Shown: positions 36,586 to 49,750 of the stretch, in pieces
Layout: each line of letters opens with the position of its first letter
Position numbering within the stretch: position 1 is the stretch's first letter
Source of the DNA: Octopus sinensis
Taxonomy: Eukaryota
Direction: 5' to 3'
Assembly (NCBI RefSeq): GCF_006345805.1
Contig: NC_043005.1
Coordinates: forward strand, 46,500,001 to 46,564,000
DNA length: 64,000 nucleotides
Program-made: the position numbers and the translations under genes
Notes under the pieces: generated by a model
Told to the model about the DNA's origin: nothing
Database searches by the model: none
Seen by the model: only the letters and a program-made list of their open reading frames with translations

Positions 36586-37137
36586 ATTAACGCTTATGTG
36601 TCCGACGGTTAGTGGAGTTATAGCTGTAAATATATATATATTTTAGTTCGTTGTGTGAATAAACGTTATTCGAAAAGTGAATGTGTAATGTGAATTGATG
36701 TAAATATAAAACAACAGAACATCGGAGTACCAACTGAAGTGTATTCTGTTGCTATCTACTCACTGTTGTGTTGCGTCTCAGAGCAAAGTCAGGCTAATGA
36801 ATGTTAGCTGCTTCGTATGTCAATTTTGTTTCTGTTTTTCACTGATTTCCTGCACCGAGTTGTACGGGTTCTAGATCCGTCAAAGTTAGCTGAGACTCAC
36901 ATCCATAAAGCTGGTGTTATTCAGAATGGTCATCAATGATAGCTCGAATAAACGAAAAAATATATTCAAAACCGGTTTGCGCAATGGTAATAGCACTTTA
37001 TGTGATATGAGATTATAGAATAGAACTCGGTGGCGTTCATAGTTTTGAGAAAGCTATGTCAAACAAAATATTTAATAAACTTGACATTTGATGACGATTT
37101 GGCTGCTATTTCTAACAGCTCTAGTGACTATATAGAG

Positions 37138-37396
37138 CAGCGGTTCTCAGCAGGGGTCCATATGACCCTTAGGGCGGGGCCACATAAGATTTTGTTGCTA
37201 CAATTTATATGCAATAAATTGGTTATATTCTCATCGTAATACCGACAATATTTTAACAATTTTAAAATACAATTCCTAATAATATTTCATTATAAAAATA
37301 TATTAGGATTTTTAAAACATAGAATGGCTATGGGGGTTCAGGCGAGTAAAATAAGAGTGAAGCGGGTCTGTAAGCGAAAACCATTGAACACCACAG
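37138..37396. mobile_element. Possible hAT-type MITE, degenerate
   Basis: Begins CAGCGGTTCTCAGCAGGGGTCC (typical hAT-MITE start CAGTGGTTCTCAAC) and ends ..GGGTCTGTAAGCGAAAACCATTGAACACCACAG. Confidence 0.35.
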
Positions 37397-37444
37397 ATAT
37401 AGAGACTCCTTCATTGGCTCATGCCGCGGGAACAATATTTATAA

Positions 37445-37830
37445 TCCTTTCTACTATAGGCACAAGGCCTGAAATTTTGGGGAGGGGACTAGTCGATTAC
37501 ATCGACCCCAGTACTGAACAGGCACTTATTTTGTCGACCCCGAAAGGATGAAAGGAAAAGTCGACCTCGGCGGAATTTGAACTCAGAACATGAAGATGAA
37601 CGAAATACCTATTTCTTTACTACCTACAAGGGGCTAAACACAGAGGGGAAAAACAAGAACAGAGAAACGGATTAAGTCGATTACATCGACCCCAGTGCGT
37701 AACTGGTACTTATTTAATCGACCCCGAAAGGATGAAAGGCAAAGTCGACCTCGGCGGAATTTGAACTCTGGGCGTAAAGATCTACAAAATTGCCGCTAAG
37801 CATTTTGGTCGGCAAGGTAACGATTCTGTA
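37445..37830 (-). mobile_element. SINE family B dimer
   Basis: Two cores joined at GAAATAC|CTATTTCTTTACTAC (~37608). Confidence 0.85.
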
Positions 37831-38254
37831 CGAATGACAACTCTTAATGTCAACTTTTGTTTAATCTTTAAATAAAATCAATACTCCATGAAACCGATGC
37901 TTCGTGGGATCGATATTCCATGGAATCGGTAATCCATGGAATCTAGATTCATATTTTTGTTCTGAGTTCAAAAACTGCAAAGCCCGGCTTAATATTTTAT
38001 TGTTTTTCAACATGAAATGTAAGGAAATGCTAAGAAAAACTAAGTAATTATTTATTGCTATTTCAATATAATTTTCTATACTGAACAAGTTGCATAAGAT
38101 TTCGGATTTTATTTCGATTTGGGCTGATGCTACCTACTCGGCAAAATAGGCGATCACTCAGGGCTCAGGGCGCTAAAATCTGATAGACACCAGATATATT
38201 TTATACAGCCTGATAACACATTTACTCAGAGATATGTATAATAATAATACTCTT

Positions 38255-38570
38255 ATTCCTTTATGTATTTTTATTTCTTTCAGTTAGCTGACTGTAGCCA
38301 TGCTGGAGCACCGCCTTGACCTCCAAGACTTATTTATTAAGCCTAGTACTTATTCTATCGGTGTCTTTTGCCAAACCGCTAAGTTACGGGGATGTAAACA
38401 CACCAATACCGGTTGTCAAACAGTGATGAGGGTAGACGCACACACACACACACACATATATATAGGGCTTTGGTCGGCCCGAGACTATAGTAGAAGACAG
38501 TTGCCCAAGGTGCAACGGCAGTGAGACTGAACCTAGAAGCGTATGGATGGGAAACAAGTTTCTTACCACA
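38255..38570 (-). mobile_element. SINE family A
   Basis: GCCATGCTGGAGCACCGCC..TACTTATTCTATCGG..CCGAGACTATAGTAGAAGAC..TTCTTACCACAC. Confidence 0.8.
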
Positions 38571-38788
38571 CAAATTTGTTGAGTACAATATTTGCACTGT
38601 ACTTTCAACTGGTGTAAAGAGTGCGAGTGCTGGAAGAATGTGTAGAAAAAGACTGTCGAAAGAGGTGCACATTGCAATGCTGGGAGGAGACGCACAGTGT
38701 AGCGTTGGAAGAAGAGGAAGAACATTATAGGGCTGACCAAGAGCGTTGAACATCTTGTTACCGTTCCTCATTTCGATAATATATATAT

Positions 38789-39157
38789 AGAAGTAGGCGT
38801 GACTATTTAATAAAAAGTTTGTTTCCTAATCACATGGTTCCGGGTTCAATCCCACTGCATGCCATCTCGGGCAAGTGTCTTATCCTATAGCTTCGGGCCG
38901 ACCAAATCATTGTGACTGGCGGATTTGGTAGACGGCACCTCAAAGAAGCCTATCGTATATGTGTGTGTGTATGTGTGTGTGTGTGTGTGTGTGTGCATTT
39001 ACGCCTTTCTTTGTCCCCTACCACCGTTTGACAATGGGTGTGGGTATGTTTACGTCCCCGTAAAATAACAGTAGGGTCGATTCGTTCGACTAAAATTCTA
39101 AAAGTGTGCTCCAGCATGGCCGCAGTCTAATGACTGAAACCGGTAAAATATTAAAAA
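38789..39157 (+). mobile_element. SINE family A
   Basis: CACATGGTTCCGGGTTCAATCCCACTGC..GGGCCGACCAAA..TTTACGTCCCCGTAA..CCAGCATGGCCGCAGTCTAATGACTGAAAC. Confidence 0.8.
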
Positions 39158-39159
39158 GA

Positions 39160-40420
39160 ATTATACCATACGTTTATCAGGAGAAACAAAACGAGTAAAA
39201 ATTAATTCACTAACAATAGCATTTCGGTAATCCATAATTTTCTTTCACAAGGTCCTGACTATCTAATATGAATGCATAGTAATTATTACAGAGACTTATG
39301 AATCAAAATACAGAGACGTTGTCTCGACAGGAATCTTGATTTAAGTCACTTCTCTCATGCTTATGATGCTATTTCCATCTAGTAGCAGCTCTCCGTCTAG
39401 TATCTTAGATCTCATTTTCAAGTATTTGATGAAGTCGTTATTAACCACTCCTGACTCCAAACCTACAAATGTCCATGTACGCTAATTTTCCCTTCTTTCT
39501 CTAAGACGCTTCATATGTTTAATCCTTCTCAACAGATAGCCTTCTCATTACAAAATCCACTATAACTCCATTCTCTCAGGTGCTTTATCAACTAAATATG
39601 AATAAAGAGAGGTTATACAATTCTCCTTAGGTAATCCAGTCTCAAATTAACGTTGGCTAAGATTTGTATCTTCAAAATGGCAAAGTATGTCGTCAGAGAA
39701 GCAGAGAAGTAATGGAATCAAACAGTAGATTAGTAGATCCTCATTTCAGAGAGCGTAGAAATGAGAGAGATATAACCGTCTTTGTTCTCAGCCTAATAAT
39801 ACAAACACAAATTAGAAAATCATGAAAGAAGAACAAAATGTTTATAATGGATCGTTATTCGAAAAATCCAAGAAATAAATAAAATATTTCTGTTTAACTT
39901 ACGCATTCTTTCTGAATTGCAGAAATTAAGATTAGAATATTTCAACTTTTCTTCTCTTCAACCAGAAACGAAAGAATTAATTCGGATGATAGTGACACTA
40001 GCTTTAGATATTCTCTTATCATTTTCTTCTAGTTACAAACAGTTATCTATCGTCACCTTGGGCAATACGTCATTCGAAGTATCACATAAAATGTTCATGC
40101 AAAAGGAATTCCTTAAGTAACCATGAGAGACAATAATCTCATAGCTTTAAACTATTTCATAACGACACTATATTAATCCTAATTCAAATAGGCGAATTCT
40201 TTCGTGGCATATATGACTGTGATAAAGAACCGAAATGCTCCGATAGACAAATTTGCTTTGTTGGCAAAGATCTCAGAGAATATCGAATAATTAAAAATAG
40301 AAAAATGACATATTTGTGGAACATTTTCCAGTTTTCGTATTTAACTGCTGAATCAGATTTTTAAAAACTTCTCTAAGCTTTTAGATTAATTGACCTCTGG
40401 TGTCAACGACAATACATATG
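39160..40420 (-). pseudogene. Very old LINE reverse-transcriptase remnant
   Basis: Minus strand TIDNCL*LEE, FETGLPKENCITSLYSYLVD (decayed G-x-PQG motif, ~39580-39650), GFCNEKAI (decayed FADD region) and FIKYL. Confidence 0.4.
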
Positions 40421-40609
40421 CTGAGGCGAAATGGCTGACTAAATAAGAATACCGGACTGCTAACCTGTGAGTTCAAATTCGTTGTATTCCTACCGTTATG
40501 TTTCTATGTATAAAACATCAATTTTTCATTGTCGCAGATCGCAATGTTATCTAGCTTAAGTACCAAATGGTCTAGAAATTTTACATGCAATAAATTTGAG
40601 TGTCATTTA

Positions 40610-40780
40610 GGGGAAACCTTCAGAGTTCAGATTCCACCAACTTCGACTTTAGCCTTTATCCTTTCCAGGTCGATAAATTAAGTACCAGTGAAACAATGGG
40701 ATCGATATAATCGACTAGTCAACCCCCCACGCAAAATTCCAGGCCTTGTTCCTTTAGTTGAGAGGATTATTATTATTGTT
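40610..40780 (+). mobile_element. SINE family B
   Basis: CAGAGTTCAGATTCCACC..GCCTTTATCCTTTCCAGGTCGATAAATTAAGTACCAG..AGGCCTTGTTCCTTTAG. Confidence 0.7.
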
Positions 40781-41473
40781 TTGAAATATATATATATAAC
40801 GCATTGCTCCAGTATGGCTACAATCAGTCCAGTGACTAATGGAATAAAACAATATTATTACTATGGTGCGTATCAGGGGTATTTTTAGTTCTATCTACAT
40901 GCACCCCCCCCCAAGAAATTTCAGGTATTGTTGCTTATAGTCGAAAAAATTGTTTAGCGGAGCATATCACTCACTCTTGTTACACTAAACAACGAATTTC
41001 GGAATCACTTCCTGCGATGAAAATACATCTTTATTTATATGAAACTACATTGAGGGAAAATAATATAACATGGAAGAAAACTTGGTATTCGTAAAATATA
41101 GGGTATTAAATAATTTGCAGTAATTACCTTCATCTAAAAAGTTTCGGAGGACAAAATCTCTTTTAATCGAAGTTAATTTTCTTCTTTGAGTGGTCAATAC
41201 AATTAATAAGTTATTTGAATCAAATCTACCTCAAATTAGTTAATAACGTTTTGTGGGGTGGGGCTAAGTGAAAATAATTTTCAATGAAAAAAAGAAATAG
41301 TAGATTGATGTAAATGTTTCTTTCTCTATGTTCCCCTTAAAGTGGAGTTGTGCGGCATTCTACAGGCAGAACCGCTAAAATACCACTGTACTTTGCCGGT
41401 CTTGCCACTTCATTTCCACTTTCCGCTACTGCTACTAATTTGGTTCTCTATAAATTAAATTAAAATAAATAAA

Positions 41474-41721
41474 TGCGCCCTTTTAAAGCCTAGCCAGGCT
41501 CATGGGCCCGGTTTCCCAGTTTCAATGGCGTATGTGTTCCCCAGCTGGACGGGACGCCAGTCCATCGCAGCATTACTCATTTTTGCCAGCTGAGTGAACT
41601 GGAGCAACGTGAAATGATGTGTTTTGCTCAAGAACACAACGCGTCGCCCGGTCCAGGGATCGAAACCACCATCTTACGATCATGGTGCTGACACTCTAAC
41701 CACTAAGCCACGCGCCTCCAC
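41474..41721 (-). mobile_element. tRNA-derived SINE family C, full length
   Basis: Minus strand GTGGAGGCGCGTGGCTTAGTGGTTAGAG..GGTTTCGATCCC..GTTGTGTTCTTGAGCAAAAC..GATGGACTGGCGTCCCGTCCAG (resembles CORE- and V-domain motifs). Confidence 0.85.
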
Positions 41722-42800
41722 TCTCTATAAATTAATTGTTTACAAATCACACGAAACCATAAGGCCTGTGCTTATCTCCGTTAATGGGAGACTTTTAACA
41801 CTTGAGAGAATCGTAGGGGCTCTGGCTTGACATGCTAACTAATTTGGTCTTTTTAAGCAGACTAACCCACACTAGTTCTGAACTCTTACGATTTCTTCAA
41901 GAGAAAAACAGAGAGAGAGAGATGAGAAAAGACGAAAAGTTAAGTTTTCTTCGGTGCAATGCAAACACACAGAAACCGTAAATCTACTTCCTACTAGTTA
42001 GACTCGGTCACTGATTCTTAATTTTCTGTGTCAGAAATAAAAAATTAGCTGATGCGAAATAGGGTCAACTACGCGAGAAGAGACTCAAACTATCACTGGA
42101 GGGAAAAAAAAAATATTACAAGATTATATTTGAAGAGAATGCTGAATTCTTTACACATTTTAAATATATTTAGAGACAACTGATGTTGCTTTGTCACATC
42201 TCCATAATCAGCGGTTCGGCAAAGAGACCAATAGAATACTTACTTGGCTTAAAAACTAAGTACTGGTGTCAATTTATTCGACCTAGAATTCAAGGCGGTG
42301 CCCCAGCATAGCCGCAGTTTAATGATTGGAAAAGTAAAAGAATAAAAGAATCTCCTTGGTCAATGTTTGCCTTATTCAAAGCTTGCTTAATAGTATTTAT
42401 CAAAGATAACTTAATATGTTTAGGTGTGCTTGATGTTAACATCTTTTTCATGACTTTCAGATCTTCAGAGTTTGAAAATAATTTGTCCAAAAACTATTTA
42501 AATAATTAGTCACTGGTAGGAAAAGCGTCAACAACTTTTCCAGGTCTTCCCAGACAGATGAGATCGATACGCATGATGTTCAATTTGAATATCTTTTAAG
42601 GAACAGATACTTCAAAATATATTGGGGTTATTTGTAATCTATAAAGCCTTGGCTTCCAGCTTGAGTGTCGTAACAGTCTTGGTTGTTATAAAATTCGAGG
42701 ATGTTGTAGGTAGTAGCTATTAGTTTCGGGAGGTTTTCAATATAAATAAAATTATTGACAAGAAAATCCTAAGTCTGTGTTTCAAAAACCGAAGCGTATG

Positions 42801-42843
<43 letters not shown>

Positions 42844-43743
42844 GAGAGAGAGAGATATAATGCTTTCGAGGCATAGCAGATGTTCTTCTATAACAAATAT
42901 CTTTTTTAGGGTAAAATAAAGATGTTGTTTATCCTAAGATTAGAGAGATAGCATGACAAGGTCTCAGAAACGTTGGGAGACATTGCCTTAAACAAGATAT
43001 CGATATTTTGTATTAAAACTACCCATCAAAGTCTCAGCATACAGCATTTAAATCCCGCCAACTGGCCAGTCCGAATTAACCGGTAAGTTAAAATCTAACG
43101 ATTGAAATTTATATCGTTTCAGTTCGACATTCATCCATTTCCGGATAGGATATTAAAACAAATGTAAGTGCTTAGTGAACTGTTTTGACAAACAGATAGA
43201 TGGATAGATATTTTATTTGAATGCCGAATATATTAGACGACAAAGCTATAACATACAATAATGGGTTCTAGATTCAAAAGGCTATATATTTTCGTAAAAT
43301 TTACTTTTGATAAGAAAATATCAGACAAACTGATTGAAAGCAAAACATTGCTTTCTCCTGTATACACATATTGAGGTATTGAAATTAGACACTTTTAAAA
43401 GGGTATCGTTGTTAGTTTTGGCTGGTTTCTGTTATATTATAAAATGATGCCATCAGATATGTTATAGACGAGATATATAATTCGTTTTAGATTGATTCAA
43501 ATATTTTACAGTGCGACACTACTTTCGTGTTTAAGGACGTTTCTAATGTTACAAGATTTCAATGATGGCTAGCAACTGTTTCTAGTGGATAGCAACGCCT
43601 ATTCAACCAATAATTATTTCGTTAGTGGGAAAGTAAAATGTTAACTTATTTTCTGAAACATTCCTTATATTATGCGAAATGGTTTTATGGTACTGCATAT
43701 TTGATAGCAAAATTAGTATATATATATATATATATATACATTT

Positions 43744-43798
<55 letters not shown>

Positions 43799-44779
43799 AT
43801 ATATATCAAAATGTAGATTGGACTTAGTTTGAGGGGAAAAATAAAAAAAAAACACAAATTACGTTTGACTTTGATAATCACAGTTTGGAAATTATCAAGC
43901 AGATTATCTATAGTGGAAGGGAAATCTTTCATTGAGATCAAAGAATTTTATCGCTTTGTTGATTGGCACCGAAGCTTGCATTTTATGTTAATTATTGCGT
44001 ACACTTATTGATTGTTGAAAGCAAGATTATTAGACTGATAAACAGTTAGACAGTTTGAAAAACATTAACTTTTTGGTTTCTATCTTACACTTATCAGTGT
44101 CGGAATTTCAGACGGTTCCTCTTCGCAGTTCTATATTTGTTTAACCACAAGCAAAGACTAAACAATTCAGATAATAATCAATTTTGCTTTATCTTCTTCT
44201 CAAACAAATTTAGATTCCTGAAGTGCTCCGGTAGGAAACGATGAATGAAATACCATTCTTTCCTTCCAGTATGTTGTGATGTTGATTAGAACGACTCTAA
44301 AGGAAATAGCATAGCAAGAAAATTTTTGAAGAAGATGAAATAACAATTGTAACATATCTTATTGTTTACGTCATAGCTTGTTGAGTCATAACTTTATGAA
44401 AAACGGTCATAATGTCAGACTGAAAGAGTTGAACTTCAGTTAATTCAACGTAATGTATTTTTTAAAAAAAGCTGGTACTCCATCAGTTACGACGACGAAT
44501 GCTCCAGTTGATCCGATCACCAGAACAGCCAGCTCGTAAAATTAACGTGCAAGTGAGTGAGCACTTCACAAACACGCGTACCTTTAACATGGATCTCAGC
44601 AAAATTCAGTGTCACACAGATGACATGGTTGGCGCTTTGAAATACAGGTACCACTCATTTTTGTCAGTTGAGTGGACGGGGGCAATATGAAATAAAGTGT
44701 CTTGGTCAAGGACGCATCAAATTGTCGAGAATCTAATTCACAATCTTACGATCGTGACCTGAATACTCAAACTACTTGA

Positions 44780-45400
44780 TCACACGCCTTCACTACGTAC
44801 GTAATGTACTACATTCTCATGGAATGCAGAGTTTTGTAGCAGGAGATAGCATACCTTGCCAGGGGTCGAAAATATGGAACGGTGGAGGTGCAGTTTAAGG
44901 AGATAGCAACTGCCAGACTGTACTCGACCATACCGCTGAAGACAGACGAGGCTGACTTTGGAAGCGTGGAATGTGAGAACCCTGATGGACATACAAATCA
45001 CATACCAACATGAAAGGCGTACTGCGCTTGTCCCCCAAGAACTCACCCGCTTCAACTTTGACGTAGCCGCTCTGAGTGAAACCCATTTCTTCGGAGATGG
45101 TAGCATGAAGAAAGTTGGCTACATGTTCTTTTGAAAAATAAAAAAAAGGCGTCAGACTTTCCATCAAAACTGAGTTGGTCAAGAAATACAATCTGACCCT
45201 AACGTCAAAATGTGAACGTCTGACGTCCATCCGAATTCTGCTTCTCAACAAGACCTAACTTAAAGTGCTCTCAGTCTATGCTCGAACTCTAGACTCAGAT
45301 GACGAAATTAAAAATGCTTTCTACGACTCCCTCAACGCTACCATCCGAGCCGCGCCGCAAAACGATAAACTGATCATCCTTGGCGACTTTAACGCCGGAG
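44780..45400 (+). pseudogene. RTE-clade LINE 5' part (AP endonuclease domain)
   Basis: LEAWNVRTLMD..DVAALSETHFFGDG..CERLTSIRI..LSVYARTLDSDDEIKNAFYDSL..DKLIILGDFNA (~45382-45396). Confidence 0.85.
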
Positions 45401-47784
45401 CTTTCATTGTCATCGCTCTCCTCCCTCTTCCTTCCTTTTGGTTTCTCTCATTCCGTTACATTGTTTTTCTTCCAAGCCCCTTCTTCCAAGCTATCTCCGC
45501 ACTCTTGTGTTATATACCACAATGTTGATGGTTCAACTCTCTTAAACCCACACCAAGTATTTGTTTTACATCGATTTAAAACAAAAAAGAAAGAAGACAT
45601 GTTTTCCCTCGCAAGCGTCCAAAGTTAACGCTGAAACAGTCAAAAAGAAAAACCTCTTTTCTGCTACTTACAAGACATTCATCTTAATAGAAGCGGAGAC
45701 ATTTACGCATGATTTTTATCGCTCTTGTTTTGCTTTTGTCAACAAATGTTTCGAGCTTTTCGATTATCGTTTGCTCTCAACAAGCCTTCAAACGGTCTCT
45801 AAGTCCTTTAAATTGTGACATTGACAATAGGTATATTTAATTTTGCGACGCTAAAAATATTAGGGATCTGACCGTCCCTTTTGCTTTAAGCACAACTTAT
45901 ATTGTACAGGAATGCTAAGAGTAGTTAATTTATTTCCAGATTCACAATTTATAAACTCACACACACTGTCTTGCTAAACTCACTCTCTTTTTCTAACGTT
46001 CTGCCATCGCATGAGTGTGTGTGTTTGTGCGTGAATGTGTGCGTGGCGGGCGGATAAAAAGGTTTTTCAACCCTATATTTTCATGTCAATATAGCTTTAT
46101 ATGTGCTCCGAGCAAAAAAAAAAAAAAAGAAACAAAAGAAAGAATAATAATAATCCTCTCGCGAAAGTTTACGAATTCTTATGACGCCAGCAATATTTAT
46201 ATACACATACATACATGTACATACATGATAGTCGAAACGGAAATTTTGTAAAGTCATGCCTGTTAAAAATTAAAAATCCATTTATATTTCAACATGTCTC
46301 AGCTATGAATATATATCAAAAATAACAGGTCTGCTTAAATAAATATGTATACACATCTGCTTACATATACATCTATGTGTATATATGTGAGTGCACTTAA
46401 GATACACAGATTGAGAGAGAGATACAATAAAGGCTAGAGAGAAAAGAGTCAAGTAGAGGTTTGCACATGTGTATGTGTGAAAGTGCGGTTGAGTATGTAT
46501 ATATATAGGTTTATAGATGTTTGCATCGGTGGGCGATCGGTTAGATATATGTATATGATATGGATGGGAACGTGAGTTCTTTTGATATATACTTGTGCGT
46601 TGATTATACTGAAATATTAATGGCATTTCAATTTTTAATAGATATGTCTTTCCAGAATTTTCCTTGTGAGTTATAAAACTATATAATCTATTGAGAAAAA
46701 TTTGTTATTTACTGTGCAGTATTCATGCCATATTATATATAAACATATGCATGATCACCTGCAAATAGAAACTGGTTAAACACTTGCTGCTTACGGCCGT
46801 AATTTGTTACATTGATGCATGGCGAAAAGCATGTTTTAGAATAATTTGCAGTCAACCGGTGAACGGCTCTAATTTTCTCTTAACTACTCGGCCACATATA
46901 AGATGAATCACGAGTAAAGTAAACTTTGCTTCCCTGGTTATTTTATTCACGAAAACAAAGATAAGAAAATGTAATCCTTGATTGAAAGAAAGAATTCAGA
47001 ATGAACTCACACTTCCTGTTAGGAAATTTAACTTCCTGTTCATGTAACATTGGCCAGTGTGATGTATGTGTTAATTTTGATCTTTTCTCTCTATATCTCC
47101 AGTTTTTGTTGAAGTTGTATTAAACACACAATAATAAGACGGCATATCACATGATGGTCCTATGTGTTTACTATGAATAACCCGGATAGCAGGTTGTATC
47201 TTTTCAGTAAAAACAAGTAGGGGTCAATATCAGCTTTCTTCACTCCATCTCTAACGAGTTTTTCTCTCTTAAATATAATCTAACAATCAATCATGTCATA
47301 TTATTCACAATATGCAGTAAGCGATCGGTTTGCTTAAGTAAAGTTGCCAGCAGGACGCAGTGAAGGAGTCTCTAAAGACAATAAGCATTGACACACCGCA
47401 TCCTCTTCGTTTAAACATGTCTTCCAAGTGAAGAGAGCATAATGAAGAAGTATGTTTTATCTCGGCGATATTTTCACTGACAATGGGGACAATGACAATG
47501 GAGAAAGAAGCAAGAATAATAGCAATAATAAGGAATCTCAGCAACTAGAGAAATTGTTTTCAAAAGGACATTGGCAAATAGAGCGATAAAGTGTAGGGAA
47601 AAACCTAAAAAGATTATCTCTGTTCCGAGAGGGATAACTCTCTGCTCACGTTATTATGGAAAGATGTGGAATAATACACTGGCTAAATTACAACAATTAC
47701 ATATTACAGGGGAAATTTACAGATTTACAGCTTTTAGAATTCGCGAGCGCGCGCACATGCTGAGGCATACACACATATATATAT

Positions 47785-47905
47785 GCGTAAAGGAAGCGAG
47801 CTGGCAAACGACGGACAAAATGCTTACGTTCTGAGTTCAAATTCCGCCGAGGTCGACTTTGACTTTCATTCTTTCGGGGTCGATAAAACAAGTATCAGTT
47901 GAATA
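47785..47905 (+). mobile_element. SINE family B 5' part
   Basis: GCGAGCTGGCAAACG..TTCTGAGTTCAAATTCCGCCGAGGTCGACTTTGACTTTCATTCTTTCGGGGTCGATAAAA. Confidence 0.8.
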
Positions 47906-47908
47906 TGC

Positions 47909-47940
<32 letters not shown>

Positions 47941-47943
<3 letters not shown>

Positions 47944-48150
47944 GGTGTCCCAGAAGTTGCTCACCACCCTGTTTTTTTTTAAAGAATACACCCCTATTGA
48001 TTTCAAAAACACTCTATTGAAATTAATCGTAACAAATGCTCAAATTGAGCACCCTCTACAATAAAATATGCCGAAAAAATATAATAAAATAAAATGCTTT
48101 AATTATTTTTAATGAAAACCAGAATGGTGCGTGACTTCTGGGACACCCTG
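47941..48150. mobile_element. 210 bp Tc1/mariner-type MITE in (TA)n
   Basis: Perfect 17 bp TIRs CAGGGTGTCCCAGAAGT / ACTTCTGGGACACCCTG, flanked by TA. Confidence 0.9.
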
Positions 48151-48390
48151 TATATATATATATATATATACGAATGAATGGACAAACAAAAGAGGAGCAC
48201 TCAACAAATTTATTGGGGATTACATGTATGGATCAAATCAGTTTGATTCGTAGTCGTTGGTAGTCTAGAGTTTATATCAAAATGTTTTGAAACATATATA
48301 TATATATGTGTGTGTGTGTGTGTATGTGTGTGTGTGTGTGTAAAATTATAGAAAGAAAATGCGCACACTTTACATAGTTTTAATATACCT

Positions 48391-49445
48391 TTTGATATAT
48401 TTTATATTGTGTTTGTCGACTGGTTTCCCTTTCGTCAATTATGACATTGAAATTTATTTAAATATGTATTTTCTTAAAAAAATTTTGTTCATGTTGGGTG
48501 TTAAGTTTATGAGTGAATGATTCAATAGAAAAATGTAATGGGAGGTAATTGGTGATCCTTATTATAGTGGACAGGAGCGATAAGTGTTCATGTTTCAGAA
48601 AATTCAAAAACTAGTTGGGAGAAATATGTACAGTGATGGGTATGTAATCGTGAATTAAAATATGTATAAAGGTCAAAGTTGGTTATGCGTGCATATGTAG
48701 ACGTGTTCTGTATTTTCCGATGAATAAATTTTCTTTATTTAAACGTTCTTGTATCTTTGCACTGGTAGAAGGGGAAAACTGTGAAATTTGGTTTGATGTT
48801 ACCTGCACATCTCTCTATCTGTTTACTTAAGAGAATCTGTCTGTATTACGGGAACCGGATCTGCTCTTTATGTAGAGTGACTCTTCATCTCAATTTCATA
48901 CTCATCTGTCTTATATAGTGATATACACAGCCCGAGCAGTTTATTATATAAGTTAGATTCTCAGAGGTACGAGTGAAGTTGGTTTTAATTGTGAACTTCT
49001 CTTCTTGTTTAAAAAGAAAATCCGTGCCTTCAAGTCGGTTGGACCACGTTCCACAGTTTGGGCGTCCACATGTTTTAACCGTTTTCGTGGTTGTTGCGTA
49101 AAGCCTCACATTTGTTAGAAGATTCTTTAGCGATTTGCGTTGCTTTTTGCATTTGATGAATTTATGTACGATTACATACCCATCACTTCATATATTTCTC
49201 CTCACTACTCTAGTTTTAGAATTTTTGCGTATATATAATTCCTCCCGACCCAATGATGAACAATTATCTCCCCAGTCCAGAATAATAACGATCACCAATT
49301 GCCTCCCCTTATATTTTACTACTTCACACACAAGTTGGACAAGAAAAAATTTTTTTCTTAAGAAAATACGTATTTAAATAAATTTTAATGTTATGATTAG
49401 GGAAAGCAAAACCGGTCGACAAACACAATATAAAATATAATCAAA
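48391..49445 (-). mobile_element. Penelope-like element: GIY-YIG endonuclease fragment between inverted pseudo-LTR copies
   Basis: ORF 48885-49109: KTCGRPNCGTWSNRLEG..FTIKTNFTRTSENLTYIINCSGCVYHYIRQ. Segment ~48391-48652 is the reverse complement of ~49168-49445. Confidence 0.75.
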
Positions 49446-49574
49446 AATGTACATATTCCTTCTATAATTTTATATATATACATATTGCAACTCACCACGT
49501 GGGGACAATCGAACTTCCTCTCTTTCTGTTGATGTTTTGCATTCTTGTCCCATTTTGTATTTTATATATATATG

Positions 49575-49710
49575 AGAATAAGTAGAACCGATAGATTAAG
49601 TATTAGGCTTACAAAGAATAAGTCCAGGTGTCTATTTGTTAGACTAAAGGCGATACTCCAGCATGGTTGCATTCAAAATGACTGAAACAAGTAAAAGAGT
49701 AAAAGAGTAT
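49575..49710 (+). mobile_element. SINE family A 3' part
   Basis: ACCGATAGATTAAGTATTAGGCTTACAAAGAATAAGTCC..CCAGCATGG..GACTGAAACAAGTAAAAGAGTAAAAGA. Confidence 0.75.
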
Positions 49711-49717
49711 ATAAATA

Positions 49718-49750
<33 letters not shown>

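Noticed and set aside
47305-47544. Signal-peptide-like ORF with a KRR site (neuropeptide-like)
   Set aside because: It has no ATG, and the hydrophobic stretch derives from degenerate (ATT)/(ATTGTC) repeats.
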